A stretch of DNA of 62,324 nt, counting the filler, from Choristocarpus tenellus KU-1152 (lineage: Eukaryota; Protista; Phaeophyceae): assembly GCA_964200185.2 (NCBI GenBank). It is 9 parts of 9 records of this genome, joined end to end, with 100 filler letters (N's around TTAATTAATTAA, not from the genome) between each part and the next. Parts side by side here need not be neighbours in the genome. Positions count along the whole stretch, not along the records: positions 6,930 to 16,901 come from CAXNAD020003231.1; positions 17,002 to 28,588 come from CAXNAD020002232.1; 7 more parts are not named here. The stretch is one strand, 5' to 3'. The notes under the pieces were generated by a model. That model ran no database searches. It was not told where the DNA came from and worked only from the letters and a program-made list of their open reading frames with translations. A program made the position numbers and the translations under genes. Below are positions 12,927 to 23,912 of the stretch, piece after piece (position 1 is the stretch's first letter; every line of letters begins with the position of its first letter).

Positions 12927-14036
12927 AGGTGCTCGAACATATACCAGCCAGAGTGCTCCAGCAGTACCAGGAGGAGAGGTGCAGCAGCAGGGACGGAGAG
13001 CTCTGCTTGGGTGGAAGGGGTGGACTGTGCCAGGGAGGACCTGTAACTACCTATACCAAATTTGATGATCGAGCTAAAGGTGCATGTGAATCTTTAGCGT
13101 CTATATTAAACTTTGTCCTTCAAATGGGTTATAACAGGGAATTCTAAACTAACATTATGCAGTGTTCCAGAGTAATAATGAAGGCGTTATGGTCCAGGAC
13201 TACAAAAAGGCAAAAACAAATCACTTTCTGGGTCAATCGCCCCCTCACTAACGTTTGACAAAAAATTGCTGGACTACAGATTAAGGTAGAAGGAAGTCTA
13301 CGAAATATTACAAATATCCACCGATCCGTGTGTAGTGATAGTTACATATATCTTTACTACCTCGAAGAATAATTATTTCTATGATGTAATGTTATTAATC
13401 TCGAACGTAATCTAGGGACTAAGTGGGCCCATGGTCAGGGGCATTACACACTGCACTATTTCTCATATATAAACTAATGCAGTACAGTTAACTGTTGAGT
13501 AATGACTACTGTTCGTGCGCCTAGCTTCTGGCATGTGGGATTCACCCATCCCAGCTTTCATCACTCTGCTTTCTCCCTCAAATTTTGCGCTAGACCTGTC
13601 TAGGTATTGCTGGGTAGTAAAGCATTGCCACCTCGTTTTTGGTCTGATGTTTCTTGTGGTATAGCGACAGCAGATTAGATCGTATGGTGCAGGTGTTCAA
13701 TTTGTCATGCTTGCCACGTGGGCTTTGGATAAATTGAAACCTGACTTTCCATTAAAGTAAGTCTAGCATCAACGGGGTTTGAACGCCTGGAAAATTAGAG
13801 CAGGGAAGGACTGTCCTCCATAACCCCCGATCCGTCGGATCCACTATATGAAATTCCCTTCGCATTGTTACAAGTTTCTCCTACAATCCATTGGATTTCA
13901 CAAACCACTCACTCACTGCTGTATAAATGCCTTTGTGAAAGTTGGGTGTAACAGTATCAAGGCGACTACTACTGTCTGAAAATGCAGGCTACTGTTTGCT
14001 GGTTCAGTCGCATGCATAAAATGAGGGAATCTGAAA

Positions 14037-14375
14037 GAGCCAAAGTATCTTAGAGGGTAGAGCCGCGTCCATTTGGGAACCAAACTCCAATGTTGCGATT
14101 TTGATGTAATTTTGACTTATCATATTAATTTTGAAGTGTCTATATTGTTGTTCTGTAAACACCTTTTCATAACGTATACATTTTGCCTACTCTGAAATAT
14201 TTCGGAGTAGGTAATATTTCAGAGTAGGCAAAATGTATACGTTATGAAAAGGTGTATACAGAACAAGAATATTGACACCTCCTAACAAACACGATAGCAA
14301 AATTACATCAAAATCGCAACATTGCATATTGGCCCCCAAACTGACGCGACTCTACCCTCTAAGATACTTTGACTC
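14037..14375. mobile_element. MITE family A fold-back chimera (two right halves joined in inverted orientation)
   Basis: Both ends are the right-hand end of family A, joined at the internal hairpin; no TSD (GAAA/TTGT). Confidence 0.85.
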
Positions 14376-14980
14376 TTGTGCATATGGGAGCAGAGCCAAG
14401 GTGGATAGGAGAACTGGTGGATGTGTCTGCAAGATGACCTTGATAAGTTTGGGATCACGTTGAGGGATGGAATAACAGGGAAAGACACAAAGAGGTTTCG
14501 TGGAAGAATGATATGTCAGAGAACCTGGCGTGCAATGCGTTAATATTGGCAGCTAAAGCAGCCCAAGCAGATTAAGAGCACATGCACAACTACCAATGTC
14601 AGCTGAAAGGAGTTCTAACCATTTGCCTCGTTTACCGTTCTTCACTAAATTGATTTTTTCAATTTATTTTTATCTTTCTTCCCGTATCATTATTATTAAT
14701 TTATATTTTGGTACCCACTACCTTTTTGGAGATAGTGTCATGGAGGGAGGCAAGGAAACATAAGGTAAATAATACAACAAACACGGAAATTACAACAGAA
14801 TTTAAAATTTGTTTCAAAAAAGAAAATCAATTCCGCCCACATTAGGAACCTACTCCAGAGTATACATAGTGATTGCATTTTAACTCAAGGGAAATGAGAG
14901 AGATATATAATAACATGAGCAGCTGAAACTACTCCTATACTGGCACGATAAAGGCGGTCTAGAAACAGGGGAAGAATCCC

Positions 14981-15229
14981 ATGAGTCGGTCAAGCCCTGC
15001 CTCACTCACCGGCCTGGTGTCTGCAGCTAATGTACACAACTCGCCTCGAAATTGCCACTTGTGTCGTAACGAAGACAATCTATGGCAGGTGTTGCTGTAC
15101 TGCTCCCTTCCTGGTGAAACCCCCAGCCCGCCTACCACCCACAATGTGATTTACCAGCCCATCCAGGAGTTGCTCTGCCTGTGTGCCCAGATTCTCAAAG
15201 GTTTCTGTTACAAACATGTTGAGGTTTAA
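14981..15229 (+). mobile_element. Possible non-LTR retrotransposon remnant (zinc knuckle followed by an HN motif)
   Basis: CHLCRNEDNLWQVLLYC...THNVIYQPIQELL resembles CxxC...E...H....C then RHN of RLE-type elements; the His is lost. Confidence 0.3.
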
Positions 15230-15492
15230 AGTTATATCTAAAACAATTAATGTATACTCCGTACTGTGTAGGGTATTATTATTCTTAATGGCATCGTTCA
15301 GAACACAATTAATGTTTAGACTGGGATGAAGCTACCACTTTGCTGCCCTACCGATTTATGAAAAAACGTATACTGAGACCTCATCAAGTAGTGTTATGGG
15401 TTACTTTTCACATTAAACAAAATAATGTATCAGGAAGGTGTTTCTTGATTGATAACCCTAACTTAAGTATGGTGGGAAGAAGAGTGCCATAA

Positions 15493-15761
15493 GAGTGAAA
15501 GTATCTTAGAGGGTACAAGTTTTGCCCTGTTGGTCCATTTGAGGCTTGGCTTCCCTCCGTTTTTTATGACATTTTTTTTCCTATTCCAAAATGTTTCGGA
15601 GTAGTAGGTAAAATGTATACTTTATGAAAAAGTATGCCCAGAAGAAGGATATTGACACTCTTCCTAACTAACACAAAAGCCAAAATTACATCAAAATCGC
15701 AACATTGTTGGACTTCGACCTCCAAACGGACAGGGATCTACCCTCTAAGATACTTTGACTC
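15493..15761 (+). mobile_element. MITE family A copy, TSD ATAA
   Basis: TIRs intact; ATAA on both flanks. Confidence 0.92.
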
Positions 15762-16329
15762 ATAACACGAACAGTAAATATAGACCTGGTGTGAAGTGAA
15801 ATTTCAGTCTTTTTCCCCATTTTCCCATGTGACAGGCAATGTCGATGACTTGAAGGATGTCCTATCCCTAGTACTGTGTGAGCTAGTGCATTTCGCCTAG
15901 GTTTCTGTTAGGTGCTAAGCTCAGGTGTCTATCTCCCCAACAGAGAAAGTGTTTCGCTCGTTTTTCTTTCAGTGCTTTTTTTCGTTTTCTGTATCACTAT
16001 ATAGTGCTTATATTGTATGTATTTTCCTTTCTCAAGCCTTACGCTACTTCAAAATGCACATCACTATTAGTGTATTTGATACTATGTTAAATCACGTTAG
16101 TCTGAGGGAACTCAGACCAGTGGTCGAAAAGTTAGTCCAAAGAAGGTTTTACTCATTATTTACTGAGAATAGGCAAGAAGGACTATATAGGAAAAAAAAC
16201 AGTCCAAGAAAAAAGAGAAAAAGAAGAAAAGAAAACAAAAAAATGTATACACGAAAATCAACCCCCAAAAAGATTATATTGAGACGACAGTACCCAGCAG
16301 GTAGTGACGGTGGTGGTGGTGACGATTAA

Positions 16330-16760
16330 GCGATCATAGCTGCTGCTTTGGTGTGATGTGCGATAGCTATCAACGGCTTCCTCGGAATGCCACTCTACCA
16401 TGAAGGTCATTGTGCTGTCAGTCACACACTCATACCGCAACTGCTGGTTTTGTGGTCCTACTGCTCTAACTCTCGACTGGGATCTCAAACATGTCAAGGT
16501 CATCTTGGAGGTGTTCCACTAGTTCTTCTCATGATCACCTTGTTCCAGGTTTCCAGCCGAAAGCTCCCCAAACATCAATACCTTGGGATGTTGCTCATTG
16601 CTCATGTGTGCAGCTGACCCAACAAATGCCAATCTCCGCTTGCGCAGCATTGCCTTGATCCTCTCACACCTACTCTTCACAAGAATGTATTTGTAGAACA
16701 GGACACGATCAGTGAGTTCACGCTTGCAGAATCCTATATTCAATAGAGGAGCAATTTGTG
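16330..16760 (-). mobile_element. Decayed RTE-like LINE, post-RT C-terminal region
   Basis: IGFCKRELTDRVLFY..ILVKSRCERIKAMLRKRRLAFVGSAAHMSNEQHPKVLMFGEL...EKN*W then VTDSTMTFMVEWHSEE is the classic RTE tail (RRL.+.G...RM...RLPK..++GEL). Confidence 0.75.
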
Positions 16761-17643
16761 GTGGTGAGAACGGAGCTTTGGATAATGAATGGGGATCTTA
16801 AACTCGTGTGATACTCTTGAGGTCCTGACTCAAAGTATCTGGGGGGGGGGGGGGGGGGGTCCCCCGGGCGGTCCTTTGGCGGCCTGACCCGGGGAGGCTC
16901 ANNNNNNNNNNNNNNNNNNNNNNNNNNNNNNNNNNNNNNNNNNNNTTAATTAATTAANNNNNNNNNNNNNNNNNNNNNNNNNNNNNNNNNNNNNNNNNNN
17001 NCCCCCTCCCCCCCTGTTCACTGCAAACAGCTTTGGCACCGGCTGCATAAATCAAACCAAGTGCTACCTGCAATACTTTCAAGCTAAGAAGTGAGTTGGG
17101 GGTTGAGCACAAGGTGCAGATGCATGTACAGTGGATGGGATGTCTCAAGGGGATGGAGATAGCGACCACGTATCCTTGGACCTGTAAACACTGATCCAAA
17201 ACCTTGTCACGGGGGGCAGAGAGGGAGTGCCTGATGGGTACTGTTCCATTTCACTACCACATGGTAACCCTACAGAGTCATGCTAGAGGCTGGTAGGAGA
17301 GGGGGGGGGCGATACTGCATTATTGTTCACATGTGGAATTTTCAGCTGGGTGTCTTGTCTTCAACTAAGGATGAGAAACAGGAATCGACTTTTCTCACTG
17401 CTCAAGTCAACCTAGCAGAAAGGTTTTAGGCAACTTATGGCACATGCAACAGGCTGTAAGGATGGCATGTTGGTTGCCTTTTCAAGGCCTGGACAGATGG
17501 ATGGGTCTGAGTGCTCCAGAAAAGGTAACTTATCCCGAGTCTAAATCTGACATGCCATGGAAGGGCGAATGACCTGTTCTGCAGAATAATCCTCATTGTC
17601 TTCCAGGTCCAGACTGCATATTGCAGCCCTTCACACATCTCAC

Positions 17644-19122
17644 CGCAGACTTGTATCGCCCCTTCATCTCCCCCTTCACCAGGTGGTTGACAAGCCCAGA
17701 ATACACCACCACCTGAATACACACATCAACCCAAGGCATGATAATCCACACAAAATGGAGTGAGGAAGTATGTTGAAATCGTCTTTTTACAATCCCACTA
17801 TTGCATAGTGTATGTAGAATTGTTTTATGCTACTCAAACTTCGAATGCCCAGCAGTGCATAGTTCCACAGGATAGACCTCTCAACCGGTATATGGTTGAT
17901 GTTAATATGATTGGGCCATTGATTATGGGAGAAATGGTAGTTGAGTTAACAGTGCGAGGGCTGCTATAGAATGATGTGGCATCTTCCCGGTTTCTTCGTG
18001 TCCAACAGAGTCATTGGTTGCACACAAGGTGGATAATTATGACCATTGAGCTTGTTTCAACTATTTAATATCGTTTATTAGGTACTTGACACTGATGTGT
18101 CTCCCACTCCCAAAGGGAAACAGTTCGGGTTCCAGGAAATTTCAGCGTAAGACGAACAGCTTATAGTTGAGGGAATACGATCCATTCTGGAGATGCAAAA
18201 TTGGTCAACGCGTTATTAATGAGCTTTCGGCATCTGTCTATAAAAAAATCAACCACTTTTGCTAACAGAAATTTGTGAAGAGTCTCTATACACTGGTGGC
18301 TGGTCTCACTTTGCCACCTTGGAGGCAGAAGGCATTCTTCAAGGGGTTCTGCACAATCTGAGGGGCAAGCAGGACGAGGCAGGGAGAAAGAGAAAGAAAA
18401 ACAATTCAGAGGAGAGAATGAACCTGGAAAACAAAGACGGCAGTTGGCTGAACTATTCAAGCCATCACAATAGCTTACTTCGTCCTTACCACGGAGTTAT
18501 ACAAGGACAGAGCCCGACCAATGCAGGCGTTAAAGTTACAATTGCAGCAGCTCATCTTCCCGAAAGGTAAGGTTGGACATTTGACACCTAAACAACATGC
18601 AGGCTGCAGCGTAATATTCGCCTGGAAGTTCCAGTCGAAACAGAGCCCGAACTCCCTGTCAGCTACCCTGGCCAGACGAGTTCCCAGCGATTTCACTACC
18701 ATTTGGTTGCGGTCATTGATCTCTGACTCTTCCAACGTAACCTTGGAGAGAAATAGGATCCCCAACATTCTGTCGATTGCTGGAGGAAACAGGAGCACCC
18801 TCCTGGTATGGCAAGATCACGAATTGCAGGGGTATCATGTCAGTTGGTCTACAGCACGAGTGGAGCAGGCATAGCTCATATGTGATCTAGGCTAAGCGCA
18901 CAGCGGGAAGGAGATTACTCGTAAGGGAATGACTATGACTTTATAGTGCACCTCTAACCAAGCCCACAACCCCATTAGATTTTCTCCCCCATTTATGTTT
19001 TCCACAGACCTTCGATCTGGTATTTCTGTGGGCCATTTTTGGTTTATCGACGTAGCTGAAATATTGCCGACCAACACCAATCCCACTGCGACAAGTCCGA
19101 GGATCACTCGCCGTAACAACAT
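17644..19122 (-). CDS. Peptidase M48 (Oma1-like) zinc metalloprotease, N-terminal part with a hydrophobic signal peptide; HExxH exon not found before the contig end
   Basis: Exons 19122-18952, 18741-18622 (GC donor), 18357-18310, 17712-17644, all phase 0: MLLRRVILGLVAVGLVLVG...VVKSLGTRLARVADREFGLCFDWNFQ|IVQNPLKNAFCLQGGK|VVVYSGLVNHL. This matches the M48 pattern W.F.V....NAF.LPGGK+VV+SGL. Confidence 0.8.
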
Positions 19123-19297
19123 GCTCTCGTCACCAATTGCCCTCTTGCTTTTGAAGGGAAATTGCGCTGGCTCTCTACTTGTTCTCGTTTCAGTTCAATA
19201 TTTTTAGTTACATATTTAGTCAAACTACACTAAACTAACTATACCCGCACTCTCATTAACCTCAAAACACGCCACTCACAATAACCCATCTGTAGAG

Positions 19298-21033
19298 ATG
19301 ACATTCCAATCCCGAATGCTTGCAATACATTGTCGATCCTCCGCAACGTTCCAAATGCGAAGGATGTCAGAATATGTTCCCCCGACTTTGTCTCCAGCTG
19401 ACCTGAAGGCACCTCTCCCTGAGAAATACTCTGTGGGCAAGAATCTCCAACTACAGGTCAGTGATTTCGTATTCAACGCTAGGGTTGCCCCTGCAAAACC
19501 CAGCAATGTTATGGTGAGTTTACTCTGACTCCTTTCTTTGGACACCGAGCAGGCGGTGTTGTTCGAGTATGGTCTCCTCTCACGTACCTTTGCCGAAAAG
19601 GGTAGACCTGACGATGTACTTATTCGTGGCAATATCAAGGGGCCCCATACGACGCCTTCCCATCGCGCCATCCCGTCATCTCCCCGTTCCGAGGCCACTG
19701 GGGACCAGATAAACCTAGTGGCCGAGATGACAGGGCTTATTGGGAAGGCACGGGACACCATGGACATACCTTCGGGCCGCTTCATGGACGTCGGTCGTAC
19801 ATTAATAGACACCTTGAAGAACAGTGTAGGACATGATGAAAAGGAGTCACAGCCCAAGGAGATATTGAAGTCAGCGACTCACCGATGCAAGGATCCTGAG
19901 AATACCCATCAAATGGACGTCAAGGCGAAGTACATGGCCAAGGTGCTCCTGTTATGACGACAAGACCTAGGGCAGAATGAGTTCTCAAGGGGAGGGTCTC
20001 TGTGATGATCTAGCCCTCTGCCCCCACCTCCGGCGCCAACTATCCTGGGGTTGCAGATGTAAAGTGGTTTCTGCTATAATCAGGGCTGCCATCCCAATGT
20101 CCGATGAACACAAACATACGGCATCCCCTTACCTGACATACTGTTGCTCCCATTGGTGCAGTTCCTGAAAAAGACTGGAGGTCGGACAAGATTGCCTGCC
20201 GATCCGAGTGGAGATGCCGACCTTCTCAAGGCTGCGAGAATCAGCGTGGATGCAGCAGCTCCTCCACCTGCGGCGTGGATGCTCCGCGAGGGTGCAGGCG
20301 AACTCCTTCTTTATCTTGCAGCTCGAAGCATGCGGCTGGGCGTGATCGCAGGTCCCAACACCACACAAGAGGAGTTCTCGCGCTTCGTGGTGCAGCTGAG
20401 GGAGCAGGATGTAGGGCTGAAGACTGTGATCACCCCTGAGGAAGTGGAGGCAAAGGGTTTGGAATCCTGCCTTCATATTGCTTCTCAGTCACTTGGGGCT
20501 AAGGGGGGTGGGGTGATGGTGGTTAGTTCAGATGATCCCATTCTGGGTGCTGCATCTGTTGTGGGGATGCACACAGCAAGATACCATCAACTCAACACAA
20601 GGCGGGGCTCGGTGATAGCCACCTCTGTGGTAAGGGATATCGATGAGGTGAGCAAAAGAGTGGGAGTAAAAAAACCCCGTAGCTATTAAGTTATCGTTTT
20701 CGGAGGGGGTGCATCTTTAGTGGTGAGGTGTATTCTGTCAGTGTGCGTGGTATGATCACACATGTGAGCAGGTTGAGGAAACAACTAGTTAGTTTGCTGA
20801 GATGGTTGTGTTTATCTGTTTATTTCGGATTGGCATGCAGCTTCGGCAGATACTGATTATTTCAAGAGCACTTTCTTGTAGAGCCTAAATCAAAAATATG
20901 AGTTTTGGTCAAATGCCTGCTGGTATTCCAATAGTTTTCGACAAACTTCCTTGATACACCCACAAGCATTACCCCCTTACCTCAACAGGTGAGAACCTTG
21001 GTGGAAGAGATGAATGGAGTATCATTTCGATGA
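19298..21033 (+). CDS. HAD-superfamily-like protein with degenerate catalytic motifs, ~378 aa, possible mitochondrial presequence
   Basis: Exons 19298-19513, 19553-19942, 20162-20647, 20989-21033 in frame. AVLFEYGLL sits at the motif I position, WMLREGAGELLLYLAARSMRLGVI is the typical HAD helix/strand, and VMVVSSDD...AASVVGM lies at the motif IV region; the protein ends EEMNGVSFR*. Confidence 0.7.
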
Positions 21034-21831
21034 CAAAGGACGGGGATACAACTGTTATCCTGCTGGACGGATAATAACAGATTCTGGACTAAGAGGAATT
21101 CAATTTTGTGGGAATGCAGCCTTTTCAGCACAGAGCAGAGTTGACTTAAGGAAGTGTGGGAGGCAGTATTACTGGTTCTGGAACACCAACAAGACATCCT
21201 TGACCTCTCCATTCCCAAGGGTAGATGGATTGTTCAAAATTGCAAGGCAAGATTCATGTGCTACATGCAAGGTCAACATTGCACTGAACCCTTGCACAAA
21301 GGTTTACGTTTGTTAGAAGTTCCTTTCTCTGAAAATTTCAGAGGGCACAAAATAATTACATCAGCAGTAGTGAACAATTTTACCATGTGGTGTGTGTCTT
21401 TCCTTCTAAGTTCTTCCCAACGCAACTCCTCCCATTCTTCCGCATTCATGGTTTCAATAACAAAGGCTCCTATTATAGACGGAACATTATTGAACAACAG
21501 GTCCTAACCTTTGTGTCCCTTCATCAAGTGATACAAAATAAATACCCAACCATATCACAACGCACCTATTTCATTGTTCTTACTGCTGTTGACTTTTAAA
21601 TGAGCAGAGACAACCATACCCTCTCCTTCCAGATCATAGATATACTACACAGCCAGAGAGAAGAGAAACAGACAGGTCCTTTCTGTAGCCATCTTATCTT
21701 TTCAAGATTAGTCCTTGAAGTCTTGACTGATACAGCAGTACACGGGGAAAGGGTACAACCTCATGTAGTACAAGTGTATCTAATCCTACCCCCCTGGCAC
21801 CCTGGCACCCATACCCCATCTAGGAATATCC

Positions 21832-23706
21832 TCAAGTAAAGTTGCTAAAAGCCACCCTCCCGTCATCTACCAACAGAAATGGGGCCAGCTCAGCAGAAAA
21901 CATGTCTTCATCTGAAACCTCATCTTGGGATGTCTCTCCCCAAGCTAGACGAAATGAACCCTCCATATGTCCCCTCCTTGTCTTCATTAAGCCAGTGCTA
22001 CTGACGTAAACTATGGTGTGCCCGGGCTGCAGCACTGGCTGGTGTCCCACCACACCTTCCCCCCTGTGTACATTGTGATGCAATGCTCCATGCTGATCAT
22101 AGATACGAAGATCCCTTTCCAACAATGTTGCCACACGGTCACCAATGTTATCTATCCTGCTCATGGAAAATTCACAAGTACATAAATTACATTGGTACTA
22201 TGTACATATGTGTTGAGGTGTATTTGCTGACAGGATAGGGGGGGGGGTATACTTCGAGGGAGAAACAAACTATCCTTTCAGTTGGATAAGTGCATGAGTC
22301 ACTACCTATTGTGGTCACCATACTTCACACGAACAGAACAAGCCCCTTCCTCAGTATTCAGGGGATGAACAAGCAGTACAAAAAATTGATCATCTTACCT
22401 ATTGAGATGGATGGACCTGCTTGTAAAACAAATTTTATCAAGGAAACTCTAGAAAGGTGCTTGGGAAATTGATTGTTGTTAACTGCAGTTTCAAGAAGGC
22501 GAGCATGGCACCAATGAACATAACACATATTGCACTTGAGCCTGGTGGCAGGAACAATTCAAAGTAAAGGCATGCATACCTACCCTACCTGATGCGGTAC
22601 ATGAAGGTCCTCTGCAAATCCTCCATACCAGAAGCTGCCTCTTCCTGCAATCGACCTCTCTCTCTGCTTGAGCCAGGGGGTATGACGACTTCGCTGGTGG
22701 CTGTCACTCTAATTCCTTTTGTAACAGCAGTGCTGACACAGCCTGATTGTTGCAATCTACGTAATCCACCAATAGTCCTGCCAACAGAAAAAAAACGTCT
22801 TACTGGATATGACCGGCTAGGTACATATAAAACGTCTAATCCTGAAAGAATTTTGATTTTACAAGTCTGATCAATTGATAGGCATAAAAAATTGAGGGAG
22901 CACAAAGGTCGAGGATGCGATGGTGCATAATGATACTAAACTTCAGTTAAAGCCACTCAAGAAAATGGAAAGAAAAAAAAAATAGGTTAAATATCAATAA
23001 GCCAGCCTCCTGTTGAACCATACAGAGAGGAGCGCGCTGTGATGTCTAGGGAGGAGTCAGTGAACAGCGCTGGTGCATGCAAACCCTCATAAACTATATC
23101 GGCCGTGGTCACGATAAAGATTCAATAACCGTCTTACTTGAGTGAAGTTGCATCGACGAACATACGCAAACACACAATGAAAAAGTGTCCGATAACATCG
23201 TTGCATGGACTTCGGGACAGAATTTCTCTCACTTGACAGCGGCCAAGGCCTCGTTTAACAGCGCCTCCTGCCTCATGCTGTCACTCTCCCCGGCCTCTGC
23301 TCGAAATGCTTGCCGAGTCATGGCTTTCAGACCATCTCGCGTTGTGGTTGATCCCATTGGAGCGAAAGGCAAGGCGGAGGTTGGCAGGACTCCATCAAGA
23401 AACGCCATGGAATGCTTGGGGCTTGTGTAGTGAGCGAAGGTGGTAATTTTTTCCCTCAAGAGGGGCCATGGCTGAAGCGTCAAGTTCCCGCTTTAGTGTC
23501 AAGAGGGTGTAAAGGAATTATGCAATGGGAAGAGTTTTCGGTGTCAGAAAACCATGGGGCGGACGACGGGAGTTGGTATATTAGTGGCCCCAAAGGCACA
23601 TATCCAATCGAAGACAAGTCAAGTACTCACGAGCCCATGCACACCTGACCGCATCCGCCTCTCTTAGAAGGATCCGATATAAGGCGACAGCCACTCTTCG
23701 GTGCAT
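21832..23706 (-). CDS. ApaG/DUF525-domain protein with an N-terminal LYR-like motif, 277 aa
   Basis: Exons 23706-23645, 23490-23233, 22777-22589, 22156-21832 (834 nt, phases consistent). ApaG motifs: STAVTKGIRVTATS...YRIRIDN...LLER...GEGVVGHQPVLQPG...YVS...GHMEGSF...APFLL. N-terminus MHRRVAVALYRILLREA. Confidence 0.88.
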
Positions 23707-23912
23707 GTCCATCCTGTTGTGGGTACTTGACCCTTGGCTGACATTCAACCTTCAACCAACAATACTATCATTGCATTCTCCTTAACAAAATTTCCAAAAT
23801 TGTACATATGTGCTACAGAGCGCCACAGAGAACCACAGAAACTCATGATATATCATACACCCATTACCTATCTACCTACTTCATACATCCAAACCTGCGC
23901 GCAGGCTTAGTT

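Noticed and set aside
19276-19857. 193-aa minus-strand ORF
   Set aside because: Antisense shadow of the HAD-like gene exons.
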